A stretch of DNA of 64,000 nucleotides. It comes from Candidatus Bathyarchaeota archaeon (GTDB taxonomy: Archaea; Thermoproteota; Bathyarchaeia; Bathyarchaeales; Bathycorpusculaceae). The notes beneath the pieces were generated by a model. The model was not told the DNA's origin and did no database searches. It saw only the letters and a list, made by a program, of their open reading frames with translations. The DNA lies in assembly GCA_963733095.1 (NCBI GenBank), contig CAVTBV010000012.1:1-64000 (forward strand), given 5' to 3'. Positions 12,231 to 22,291 of the stretch are shown here, piece by piece (positions within the stretch are counted from its first letter, which is position 1; each line of letters opens with the position of its first letter). The position numbers and the translations under genes are program-made.

Positions 12231-14176
12231 CTACCAAATATTGATATTAAAAAGGTACCTCAAACTTCCATTCAAAAGAACCAAAAAAACAAAACCCAAC
12301 ACCAACACAATCACCCACAAACGCCAGCCCTTAAAACCCCCAACCCTAAGAGAAACAAACTGAACAACCCAAGACAACCCCAAACCAGACAGAACTACCC
12401 AAGGCAACAGAAACAAAAACCGGTTAAAAACAAAATCATCGGCAGCAAACAAAATAGACACACAAACCACACATATCCAAGCAACAAACAAACTAGAAAC
12501 CTCAGACTTCATCCTCAACAAAACAAAAAACCCTGCAACAGACAGAAAAACCAAAAGCCCGCTGGCAAAAACTCCACCTAAAGTAATATCCACAGCATGC
12601 TGCATTCCACTTAAAAGATAAGCAGGGTTAGGTAGACCGATTCCTGACTGTGCAGTCGCAACAACAGAGGCAGTAGATGAGTCAGCAGACAATAGTCTGC
12701 GCATCAAATCGCTAAATAACCCAACGCCAACAGTTGCACCTACGAAAAGCGCCTGCGTTTTAAACCGCCCCCACAACCCTCGATCATGATTTGCTACTCG
12801 CCACTGCATAAACAAAAACAAGCAAAGACTCAAAGCAAAAACAAACCAGGTCCAAGAATGCGAAAACAAAACCAGAACCGACACACCCAACAAAGCAAAG
12901 AAACCAAAAATAGACCAAGAAGTCAGGATTTTAAAAAACAACACAACATACACAAAAACCAGTATCAGAGCCAGCATGTTGGCAAAGTAACCTGAGTAGA
13001 TTAAGCCTAAACTCTGAAAAGAAAATGGCACCAACAACACCCCAAAGACCCAAACCATCCTGTCCTTGCACAACAACCGCAAAACAAACAAAGAAACTAC
13101 ACCGAGCAACACAATCAGAAACGCAGCTACAAATTGAATAACATTAACCATCGAAGTAAAGAAAGACAAGACATAACAAAAAACCAAAAACAAAGCCCTA
13201 TCATTGCCCAAAGCAAACGAGAGGGCAGAATTAACATCGACCGCACGCATGTGACTGACCCAAGCATAGTAAACTGGAGAGTCAACGCTTACCAACATGT
13301 TCGTCGGATTGTTCCAGGGCAAAACAGTGAACAGAACAAACAAAAAAGAAACAACTGACGAAACCACAACAGCCAAAACAACCAATCGACCACGCAAAAA
13401 AACCCAAACCCGCCATCAGTCAACAAGAACAACCCCCTCAAACGAGAAACAAACCACCCACCCCTAACCCTACCAACCAACCACAACCAGCCCTTGGGAA
13501 AAACCCGAAAAACAAAAGCACCAACCCCAAACAAGACAAACAACAAATACACATAAGGCAAAAAGGGATAGGTCAAATTCGCAAAAACCAACTCAACCCC
13601 ACTCCAATGCAAACCTAAACCGCCAACATCTAAACCCAAAGCAAACGGACCATTAAACAAAACAAAACTTGCCAATTCAAAAAACAAAACCAGCAACAAC
13701 CCGCCAAAAAGCACCCTCAAAGAAAAAACCAACCGACCAACACCGAAAAAAACAACAGAAAACACAAAACACAAACCCAAAAGCAAGCCACTAACCAAAA
13801 CCAAAGACCACACAACAACGAAGCCAAGAATAACCAAACATACCCAAACACCCAGACCACACAAGAAAACAAGTAGACCTGCTCCCGAAACGGTGCGAGA
13901 AAATTCTTTAACATTCTTCAACTCTAAATGCAAACCAAGCCAAACTAGGACGACAAAAATAGCGATTCCCCAAACCGCAACATCTAAAGGACCAGACAAT
14001 ACACTGCCACTTGCGGTATGCGCAACCATGGATCTATTGGACAGAACAGAATATTGAAGGCCCAGGCTACTGGCTAGGTAGAACAATGTGTAGATTAGGC
14101 ATATGGCAAGGGAGAACTCTGCTGTCCTAAACAGCAATGTCTTCTTGTCTAGGAGTTTTGTCGGCGACATAGCCAT
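12231..14176 (-). CDS. Polytopic membrane protein (GT-C-like C-terminal half), one frameshift at the A7 run ~13396-13402
   Basis: ORFs 13289-14197 and 12231-13397 join at the homopolymer; motifs VSVDSPVYY, SGYFANMLAL, FSHSWTW, NRFLFLLP. Confidence 0.7.
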
Positions 14177-14253
14177 TAACCATTTAATAGAATACAAGTA
14201 GGTGCCGTTTACCGCTTAAACCTTGCTAGATACACGGCTCATGAAAAAGAGAA

Positions 14254-14757
14254 TTAAAGAAGAAAACCGGCCAACTCAACCACCAAACCAATCACTAACC
14301 CACCGATGAGCAACCTCATAGCGAAAGGCACCCTATCCACATCGAAGAAATCAGCGGAAAACACAAGACACAAGCTTAGGAGCAGGATACTGATTGGAAC
14401 CAAACCCACAACGCCAACGAAACCAAAGACAACTAAACAGGTCCCTACAGCGACACCGCAGATTACCCCCATCAAACTCACACCTAAAATAGATCGAATG
14501 TACCCTCTGACCAGATTTGACTCTAAAGCGTACCCTAGCCAAGCTAAAACAAAAAAGATCGCAATGCCCCAAACGGCAGCGTCCACAGGAGCCGACAAGA
14601 CGCTGTTTTGCGCAACTACAGTTTTGTTAGTAAATGCCATCAAAGAAAGACCAAAATTACTCGCCGAAATGAACAGTGAGTAGACTAAGCAGATGGCTAG
14701 CGGAACCACTGCTGCCCAGACCATTAGCGTTTTTTTATCTATACGTTGTAACATGAC
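14254..14757 (-). CDS. Membrane protein; tandem paralog of the N-terminal ~170 aa of the downstream gene
   Basis: DKKTL..LAICLVYSLF..SVLSAPVDAAVWGIAIF aligns with DKKTL..LAICLIYTLF..SVLSGPLDVAVWGIAIF. Confidence 0.65.
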   Translation of the reverse strand, partial: VMLQRIDKKTLMVWAAVVPLAICLVYSLFISASNFGLSLMAFTNKTVVAQNSVLSAPVDAAVWGIAIFFVLAWLGYALESNLVRGYIRSILGVSLMGVICGVAVGTCLVVFGFVGVVGLVPISILLLSLCLVFSADFFDVDRVPFAMRLLIGGLVIGLVVELAGFLL

Positions 14758-15006
14758 ACAACATACCCTACTAAACCATCTGTAAATGCAACTCACCACT
14801 TAAAAGTTTACGAGTCACAAATACATACCACAGATACACAAACCATTTCTTCACAACCACACCAAACACGGCATGGCTTCCAAAGAAACTCAGGATACAT
14901 GCAATGAAAAAACCAAAAGGAACCTTAAGAAAAAACATCAAGAAAATTGAAAATAAAGCCCTATTGACCCGAAACCACATTATTACTTTGAACGCAAAAA
15001 AATGAT

Positions 15007-15309
15007 TTACTGCGAAGGCGCTTCTTCCGCGCGCCGTTTACGAAAGAGTATGAACACGTGACCCCTAACCTCAACTAAAGCTGAGTTAGTTTTTTCAGCA
15101 GCATTAACTGCAATCGCTTGAGCAGTAACTTCACCCTGCATCGCAGCCGGCAAAATCCGAACCTTAACCATCTTGTTTCTCTGCAACTGCTTCTCAATCT
15201 CCCCAGCCAACTGAGGCGTCAACCCTTCTTTGCCAACCCAAATCGTAGGGTCCTCATCCTTCAAAACATGCCTAACGTGGCGCTTCATGCGAGTGGTTAT
15301 CTTGCTCAA
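15007..15309 (-). CDS. yhbY: YhbY/CRM-domain RNA-binding protein
   Basis: PTIWVGKEGLT, KMVKVRIL, LVEVRGHVFILFR. Confidence 0.9.
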   Translation of the reverse strand: MSKITTRMKRHVRHVLKDEDPTIWVGKEGLTPQLAGEIEKQLQRNKMVKVRILPAAMQGEVTAQAIAVNAAEKTNSALVEVRGHVFILFRKRRAEEAPSQ

Positions 15310-15634
15310 GTTCTTTGTGCTCCATTTTCCCTTTTAATAGTATACGAGTTTGGTTACCGCAGTTTAAACATGTTACTACAACGTGAGGCTCCCTTTTCTG
15401 CTTTATCCTAACACGGCAATTAACACCCATAATGAAGAGTGCGTTGCATTCTTTGCAGGTTTCCCGCCTAAATTCAAGGGGCATACGAATCTTGGCGGCC
15501 ATGGCAATCTTTCTTGCCGACAAAACATACTGCGACGCCAGTTTAGGGTCTGTTTTGGCAACCTTCTTTGCCTGCTCGAAGAGAATCTGGATTCTGTGCC
15601 GCGCTATTTCTTTAACAGTGCTTTGCTGCTTCAT
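15272..15634 (-). CDS. rnp4: Ribonuclease P protein subunit Rpp21 (component 4)
   Basis: IARHRIQILF, ARKIAM, CKEC and CLNCG zinc ribbon; adjacent to yhbY as is common in archaea. Confidence 0.92.
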   Translation of the reverse strand: MKQQSTVKEIARHRIQILFEQAKKVAKTDPKLASQYVLSARKIAMAAKIRMPLEFRRETCKECNALFIMGVNCRVRIKQKREPHVVVTCLNCGNQTRILLKGKMEHKELEQDNHSHEAPR

Positions 15635-15687
15635 GGATAACCAAACACCCAAAGGCTCAGTTCAATTACATAACGCTTATGCCGAAA

Positions 15688-16579
15688 TTAAGCTTCTTTC
15701 TGCGAAAGCTCAAATTTCAGCTGCTTCAAAGCCGCATCCATCGTGAGGGGTTTATTCTGCAGGGTCTTCTGCGACTTCGAAGTGTCAAGCGAGGAATCCA
15801 TGGGACGCTTAGCTGGCCAAGTGAATTGGGAAGACAAAACAGGATCAATCAAGCCTTTATCTAAGCCGAAAGCATCAGCGATTTGCCCCGCGAAATCGTA
15901 CCTGCTAACCCGCGTAGCACCACACATATGATAAATCCCAGTCAACCTGCGCTCTACGACTTCAAGAGTCATTTCAGCCAAGTTAGTGTTCAGAGTTGGC
16001 GTATTCCATTGATCAGTAACAATCCTGGCGCGTTCCCCCTTACGCAAGGTTTCAATGAGCCATAGGGCGAAATTGACTTTTCCAGCTGCAGGAGTGGAAC
16101 CATAAATAACGCTTGGACGCGCGATGAAGTATTCGGCTTGGGCTTGAACGATTTCTTCGGCTTTAAGTTTGGTTAATCCATAGTAGTTGATGGGGTCAGG
16201 CTTATCATTCTCTTTGTATTGGCCTTTTTCGCCGCTGAAAACATAATCTGTCGATATGTAAATTAAAAAGGAACCAGCATTCTTGGCGGCTTCTGTGATG
16301 TTTTTTGTGCCTTCAACATTTACTTTCCAAGCAAGCTCCTTGTTCGTCTCGCATTTATCCACATCAGTCAACGTTGCAGCATGAACAACCACATCGGGCT
16401 TTATAGTTTTGAACGCTTCATCAACCTGCTCTTTCCCAGAAATATCCAGCTTAACAAAGTTACCATAAACCGACAGGCTCTGAATGTCAGATGAGTAAAC
16501 CTCGATGTTCTTGGCAAGAGCAATGCTGAGCTAGTTTTGAACCATAGAGCCCGCTTGCACCTGTAATTAGAAGCTTCAA
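15688..16579 (-). CDS. rfbD: dTDP-4-dehydrorhamnose reductase (one frameshift ~16525)
   Basis: TTGA overlap with rfbB stop; MKLLITGASGLYG, HAATLTDVDKCE, YISTDYVF, YYGLTK. Confidence 0.9.
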
Positions 16580-17583
16580 TGGAACCCACCGAGCTTCCAT
16601 GGCGTAGGATGCAAGATAACTTCAGTAGCAAAAGGAGTCCACCACCGTTCGTTATCAAGATACCACTGAACCGTTGACTCCAAAGACTTCTCAAAACTAA
16701 ACTTTGGCGTCCAACCCAGCTCTGTTCGAGTTTTTGTGGAATCTAAACTGTAACGTGTGTCATGTCCCGGGCGGTCTTCAACGAAGGTGATTTGGGTTTC
16801 AGGTTTGTTGAGCAGGCACATGATTCTTCTAACAATCTCAATGTTTGTTACCTCGTTTCCTGCTGAAACATTGTAGATTTCTCCAGCCCTGCCTTTTTCA
16901 AGCACAGTGCGTATGGCTTCGCAGTGGTCTTCAACATAAATCCAGTCGCGTATGTTGTTTCCTTTACCGTAAATCGGAATAGGAAGGTCCCTTAACCCTC
17001 GTATAACAGTTTTGGGAATAAGCTTCTCAGGAAGTTGGTAAGGCCCAAAGTTGTTTGTGCATCTGGTAATTGAAACGTTTAAGCCGAAAGTTTTGTGATA
17101 AGATAATACGAACATGTCGGCGGCTGCTTTTGAAGCAGAGTAGGGATTTGAGGGCTTAGGCGGCGTGTTTTCTGTGAAGGAGCCTTCAAGGGCTTCTCCA
17201 TAGACCTCGTCGGTGGAAACCTGCAGAAGCCTCGCCTTATGATTGTGCCTTCGGATGGCTTCTAAGATTGTGAATGTGCCAATTGTGTTGTTTTGAAGGA
17301 AAACGTTGGGGTCAGCAATGCTTCGATCAACATGGGTTTCCGCGGCAATGTTCACAACCGCGTCAACTTGGTGAATCAGTCTGTTCATGAGTTGAGGGTT
17401 GCAAATATCGCCCTTGATGAAAGTGTACTGTTTGTTATTTTCAATATCATGCAGGTTAGCAGGGTTAGCACCCATTCCCATCTTGTCGACGTTAATCAAT
17501 TCGTAGTCAGGGTGCTTTGCAAGCATAAGCCTGCAGAAGTTGCTTCCGATGAATCCTAAACCGCCAGTAACTAACACTTTCAT
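16576..17583 (-). CDS. rfbB: dTDP-glucose 4,6-dehydratase
   Basis: GGLGFIGSNF, AAETHVDRSI, STDEVYG, YSASK, DRPGHD. Confidence 0.95.
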   Translation of the reverse strand: MKVLVTGGLGFIGSNFCRLMLAKHPDYELINVDKMGMGANPANLHDIENNKQYTFIKGDICNPQLMNRLIHQVDAVVNIAAETHVDRSIADPNVFLQNNTIGTFTILEAIRRHNHKARLLQVSTDEVYGEALEGSFTENTPPKPSNPYSASKAAADMFVLSYHKTFGLNVSITRCTNNFGPYQLPEKLIPKTVIRGLRDLPIPIYGKGNNIRDWIYVEDHCEAIRTVLEKGRAGEIYNVSAGNEVTNIEIVRRIMCLLNKPETQITFVEDRPGHDTRYSLDSTKTRTELGWTPKFSFEKSLESTVQWYLDNERWWTPFATEVILHPTPWKLGGFH

Positions 17584-17589
17584 AGGTCA

Positions 17590-18093
17590 TCACTTGTGGG
17601 GTGGAAGATTCCAATCCCAAGGTTTACCAATACGTTCATCCTTCTTTTTGCCGTTGACGCTTTTAGGAATGATTGTTGGATCATCCCATGCTCGACGTTC
17701 TTCATCGGGGTTTGCAGAGTCATACAGGTTTGTGGTGAAGTACAGCAGCATAGCGGGTTCGTTGCCGAGCGCTTTAAACCCATGCCAGTAGTGGCCGGGC
17801 ATGCGAACAACCTGTAAGTCAAAGCCACTTGAAATAATCTCATCAACTTCCTCTGTTTCACCGTCAAAGGCACAAATTTTAATCATACCCTTGAGAGCCA
17901 AAAAATAGTCCGTTTGTCCCTTGATGTGTCTGTGCCAAGCGCGAATGACATTTGGGTATGAGTATGAAAAGTTTGCTTGGGCAACAATGTCGTCTCCAAA
18001 AAGCTCCTTCCAGTCCTTACGCATAACTTCTGAGAAGAACCCTCTCTCATCTGGGAAACGACGTATCGGCTTTATTCTTATTCCTTGTAGCAT
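17590..18093 (-). CDS. rfbC: dTDP-4-dehydrorhamnose 3,5-epimerase
   Basis: DERGFFSE, IRAWHRH, WHGF cupin motifs within the rml cluster. Confidence 0.9.
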   Translation of the reverse strand: MLQGIRIKPIRRFPDERGFFSEVMRKDWKELFGDDIVAQANFSYSYPNVIRAWHRHIKGQTDYFLALKGMIKICAFDGETEEVDEIISSGFDLQVVRMPGHYWHGFKALGNEPAMLLYFTTNLYDSANPDEERRAWDDPTIIPKSVNGKKKDERIGKPWDWNLPPHK

Positions 18094-18160
18094 GATTATT
18101 CCCTGTTTACTTTCAGTCTTATCATTTAAAAAACTTTATAATGGTTACTGTTTTCTGTGG

Positions 18161-19219
18161 TTAAACTTCTACTTCTGAGTAGTCGCCTACATGGAGCTTT
18201 ATGGTTCTGTTCCTCTGGTTACGGGTTAACTTGGCATTTTTGCCGATTAAAGAGTCTTCTAAGCGTTCGATGTCTTTCACCAGAACGTTTTCTTGTATGA
18301 CACAGTATTCGACGTTGGAATTGAGAACCTTTGAGTTGTCACCAACGCTGGAATAAGGACCGATAAAAGAGTTTTCTACCAGAACATTCTTGCCTATAAC
18401 GCATGGTCCTCTAATTGTGCTGCAAACAATTTTCGCTCCAGGTTCCACTTTAACTCGGCCATCAACGGTACTGTTAGTTATAGTTCCTTTAACGTCAAGC
18501 TGAATATATTCATCCAAAATCCGTGCATTAGCAGATAATATATCATCTTTTTTGCCTGTGTCAAGCCACCATGATTTCAAGATTTCAGCCTTAACCGAAA
18601 AGCCCATGTTAATCATTTCTTGGATGGCATCAGTAATTTCAAGTTCACCCCGCCACGAAGGCTTGATACGCTCGATGGCTTCATGAACTTTGCTGGAGAA
18701 AAGGTAAGTCCCTATAATAGCCAAATTACCTATGGGAGTTTTAGGTTTCTCGACGAGTTTGATAATGTTGCCCTTTTCGTCGAGTTGTGCAATTCCAAAG
18801 CTCGATGGGTTATCGACTGCTTTGAGGATTATGAGTGCATCCAGATGCTCATTTTTGAATTTTTTAACAAACGATTCCAAGCCTTGACCTGTCACGTTAT
18901 CGCCCAAACACATAACGAAGGAATCCTGTCCCAGAAATCTCTTAGCGGTCTTAACCGCGTGCGCTAAACCAAGCGGTTCTTGAGGAATATATGAAACCGC
19001 AAGGTTCCAGCTTGAACCATCCTTAACATAATCCTCGACGAACTGGCCGGTTTCGTGTGCAGTGATTATACCGACTTTCTTTATGCTCGTTGATGCTACC
19101 TGGTCAAGAACGTAGCCTAAGATGGGTTTGTTAGCTACCGGAATAAGCTGCTTGGCACAGGTGAATGTTAGAGGCCTAAGACGGGTACCTTTTCCGCCGC
19201 TGAGAACAAGTGCTTTCAT
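18161..19219 (-). CDS. rfbA: Glucose-1-phosphate thymidylyltransferase (long form)
   Basis: GGKGTRLRPLT, KQLIPVANKP, EKPK, RGELEITDAI, WLDTG, C-terminal left-handed beta-helix. Confidence 0.95.
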   Translation of the reverse strand: MKALVLSGGKGTRLRPLTFTCAKQLIPVANKPILGYVLDQVASTSIKKVGIITAHETGQFVEDYVKDGSSWNLAVSYIPQEPLGLAHAVKTAKRFLGQDSFVMCLGDNVTGQGLESFVKKFKNEHLDALIILKAVDNPSSFGIAQLDEKGNIIKLVEKPKTPIGNLAIIGTYLFSSKVHEAIERIKPSWRGELEITDAIQEMINMGFSVKAEILKSWWLDTGKKDDILSANARILDEYIQLDVKGTITNSTVDGRVKVEPGAKIVCSTIRGPCVIGKNVLVENSFIGPYSSVGDNSKVLNSNVEYCVIQENVLVKDIERLEDSLIGKNAKLTRNQRNRTIKLHVGDYSEVEV

Positions 19220-19383
19220 ACCAATCCCTCACTCACAGTAATATTAATAGTATGAGCTTCTTTTCGCCTATTAAAATAATTACGCGTATCAGTTGTAGTT
19301 GCACAAGTACAACCACATAGTTCTATAAAGAAAAAAGTGATTAAATCATATCAGCCCTCAATTGCCAATAAGGGGAGAGTCTC

Positions 19384-19602
19384 ATGAATAAATCTAAAGA
19401 AATGTTGTTTTCTTCGCTCATTTTCCGGAATGCCAAATGCAAATACACAAAAACATGCAATCTGTACTCGAACGCAAGTTACACATGCACTCATACCGGC
19501 GGAAGTTACTGCGGGAAATACAGAAAACTAAGTCTCTCCAAAGCAACCCAGAGATTACAAACAACAACACCATACTTAATTGAAACAATACAGACTCCCT
19601 AA
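19384..19602 (+). CDS. Small four-cysteine protein (possible metal-binding)
   Basis: GGGGAGAG SD before ATG, T-run after the stop; C-x5-C-x9-C-x7-C spacing. Confidence 0.55.
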   Translation: MNKSKEMLFSSLIFRNAKCKYTKTCNLYSNASYTCTHTGGSYCGKYRKLSLSKATQRLQTTTPYLIETIQTP

Positions 19603-19655
19603 ACACTTTTTTTCTGACGACAACTTTGCAGTTCAGTTGCTAAACTTTCTTGTCG

Positions 19656-21230
19656 TTAGTAGATAGCATTCATCAATTTTTCGATTAAGTTAATCACTAT
19701 AGCCAAAGGTCTTCGCAGAGGACCCATTGAATTAGCGATACTGCGCACGTTTACTAGATCAGCTTTGCTCAGAGTTCTTGTGACAACCGCTAGAAGGATA
19801 AAAACAACCACAAAGACAATTGCGCCTAAAACTAGTTGCACTGGACTGCTAAACGGCATTAAGGAAACTGCAAAATAAGTAATAAGCCCAGTTGCACCCG
19901 AAGATATCGTAATCTTTGCTGACGAAACCCAATCTACAGTTACATCAAACTTTTTCTTAATAAAACGCAAACTCAAAAACATGCTCGGCAACCCAACAAC
20001 CGTAGTGGCAACTATCAAGCCGATTATCCCGAATTGAGAAACCATCACAAAACTTACCGGAAAACCAATACCAACAGTAAGAAGCCCAAGCCACAGGTTG
20101 TATCTGGTGTATCCTTGACCGTTAATTAAATTGCCAGCGCTCAGACTTCCAAATGCAGAAAACAGGTAAATCACAGCCAACAAAGCAAGGTAGAGCGGCG
20201 CATGAACATATTTGTCTGCGAAAATAGTACTAATAGCAGGTTGTGATAGAGCCATAACTAAAGTTGTAACTGGCATCACAATGAGTGCTGCGTACTTTAC
20301 GGAAAACTGAAAAACGCTCTTAAGGAGTTCTTTGTCTTTTTGGGCGTCAAGCTTGGAGAAGGCAGGAAACAGCATGGTCGTTACGGGTGTGGCAAAAAAA
20401 GTGATTAAGACCACAAAGTTCACCGCTACCGAATAGTTGCCGATGAGCGAGTTGTCAGTCACAAAGTATGCCATGATAAAACTGTAGAATTGAGTAAGAA
20501 AACCGGTTAAGATAGCACCTATCGAGAGCGGCAAGCCATATACAAGCATGGTTTTAATCGTCTTGGTTAACGCTAGTTTGCCGTCAGTTGACCTAGGCAA
20601 CGACCGATACATAGTATACATTAACAACACGCCCGTTAATCCAGCAAATAAGACTCCTAATGAAAAGCCGACAACAGCCCCTAGAGTTCCTAGCCCTAAA
20701 ACGACCAATCCAATGATCAAAGTCGTCTTAACTATCGATTGAACAATCAACATGACACTGTTCAGATGCATCTTTTCCATGCCAGTGAAGGCTGCAGTCG
20801 CCGTGTTAACTAATGCACCTGTTAAGATGAACAGGGATGCTATCTGGATTAAACCCACAATGGCTGGACGCCCATAGAAATCAGCTAAAAACTGTGAAAG
20901 CCCAAAAGACAAGAACGCTAAAGCCACTCCAACGATGATTTCGAATGCCAAGCCTGAAACAAACACACTTCTTATCTTCGCCACATCGTTTTGGCTGTTG
21001 TACTCTGCAGAATACTTTATCATAGCAGTAGTGACGCCCCAATCCCTGAAGGTGGAGATCAAGTTGGGGGCAGCCAGGGCAATCGCGTATAAGCCCATGT
21101 TGTCTGCGCCTAAAAGCCTGGCGATAAATATTGTTCCAACTGCTGAGATGACGGTGGATAAGACTAGACCCCAGAGTAGGTGAAAGCCGCCTTTAGCTGA
21201 AACCTTCGCCATCTCTGTAGCCTTAGACAT
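19656..21230 (-). CDS. Wzx/MOP-family oligosaccharide flippase
   Basis: About 14 TMs; IARLLGADNMGLY, YGLPL, IGNYSVA, LFPAFSKL. Confidence 0.9.
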   Translation of the reverse strand: MSKATEMAKVSAKGGFHLLWGLVLSTVISAVGTIFIARLLGADNMGLYAIALAAPNLISTFRDWGVTTAMIKYSAEYNSQNDVAKIRSVFVSGLAFEIIVGVALAFLSFGLSQFLADFYGRPAIVGLIQIASLFILTGALVNTATAAFTGMEKMHLNSVMLIVQSIVKTTLIIGLVVLGLGTLGAVVGFSLGVLFAGLTGVLLMYTMYRSLPRSTDGKLALTKTIKTMLVYGLPLSIGAILTGFLTQFYSFIMAYFVTDNSLIGNYSVAVNFVVLITFFATPVTTMLFPAFSKLDAQKDKELLKSVFQFSVKYAALIVMPVTTLVMALSQPAISTIFADKYVHAPLYLALLAVIYLFSAFGSLSAGNLINGQGYTRYNLWLGLLTVGIGFPVSFVMVSQFGIIGLIVATTVVGLPSMFLSLRFIKKKFDVTVDWVSSAKITISSGATGLITYFAVSLMPFSSPVQLVLGAIVFVVVFILLAVVTRTLSKADLVNVRSIANSMGPLRRPLAIVINLIEKLMNAIY

Positions 21231-21555
21231 TCTCTCTTCCCAAACAATTTGATCTTTGTAAGTTAATTGTTGTTTCTGATGTTGCGTTTATCACTTTTGG
21301 TTTCTGGGCATTATTTACTTTGTGTGTGTGGGTTTTTGCTATGTGCAGGGTTTGGGTTGAGGTTGCTGTTTTTAGGTTTGGATTGGTTTTCGTTTGTTGT
21401 TTGGTTGTGGTTTTGGGCGATGTTGGCGTGGCCTATGCCTTTCTTATGGAGATATTAAAGTGACTTATCCCGTCCCTATTCTAATTGTTATTCTCTTGAG
21501 ATTACAGCTAGAAATGGCTCGGGCTCATAAAAGCGCCAGTACTTGACTAAACTAA

Positions 21556-22245
21556 TCAACCCAAGTTAGCTGGCTCTGCGTTTGAATTGCTAACCCACTC
21601 AGAGATAGAAACCTCGTTTGTGTTACCAAACGGCTTAACTTTGACTATTCCGCGTTTTGCGAAACGAGCCACAATCCGATGGGTCTTAAGACGACTAAGT
21701 CCAGCTTCTTTTCCCACATACTTTTGCAGATATTTCCCTTGATGAGCAATCAATACGTTGAGCACTTTTTGTTCTTCAGGAGTCATCGTTTTTAAGATAA
21801 CTTCACAAGAATTAGCCGCAGGTTTTGAAGCCAGACCTTCTTTTCCTGAAGCTGAAGGCGAAGCTACTGGCACGGCCACATCCTTTGAGAGGTCACAGGT
21901 TCTTGGGGTGTTTCTTATTTCGGGAAGAATCATGTAGAAACTCAACCCTATTAAACCAACTAAGACTGCCGCTATTATGGCTACAGGAATTATCCAAAGA
22001 TTAGACGTTGTCGCAGCTGTGGTTCCAGTGCCACCGCCACCCATCATCCCACCCATACCGCCGTAGTTTCCATTGTCAGTGGATCCTCCTATCCCCATAC
22101 TTTGCCACATTTGGTTTATCCAGCTTGACTGATAATAAGACGGCGTCGTGGTTGCCAGATACAGACTGATGGCGGCAAGGCTAACAAGAGAAACTGCGGC
22201 TACAACGAGAATGATGAGGAAAATGCGCATTTTTCGCATAATCAA
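21556..22245 (-). CDS. Membrane-tethered winged-helix transcription regulator (COG2512/DUF7343-like) with external Gly/Met loop
   Basis: TM1, loop QMWQSMG..YGGMGGMMGGGG, TM2, C-terminal wHTH TPEEQKVLNVL..YLQKYV..GLSRLKTHRIVARF..RGIV...GNTNEV. Confidence 0.8.
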   Translation of the reverse strand: MIMRKMRIFLIILVVAAVSLVSLAAISLYLATTTPSYYQSSWINQMWQSMGIGGSTDNGNYGGMGGMMGGGGTGTTAATTSNLWIIPVAIIAAVLVGLIGLSFYMILPEIRNTPRTCDLSKDVAVPVASPSASGKEGLASKPAANSCEVILKTMTPEEQKVLNVLIAHQGKYLQKYVGKEAGLSRLKTHRIVARFAKRGIVKVKPFGNTNEVSISEWVSNSNAEPANLG

Positions 22246-22291
22246 AGAGAACTTTAAACCGCGAATTAAGGGTTATTGTATTCAAGATTGT

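Noticed and set aside
13396-13402. Phase variation or programmed frameshift at the A7 run
   Set aside because: Similar single-base indels occur throughout, including in rfbD; sequencing error is the simpler explanation
13680-14757. Diversity-generating retroelement TR/VR pair
   Set aside because: The copies differ at all four bases and are too diverged; no reverse transcriptase in the window
21267-21458. Hydrophobic 63-aa ORF (also 14771-14980 and 13717-13914)
   Set aside because: By-products of G/T-rich tracts, which lack stop codons and encode F/L/V/G/W by default
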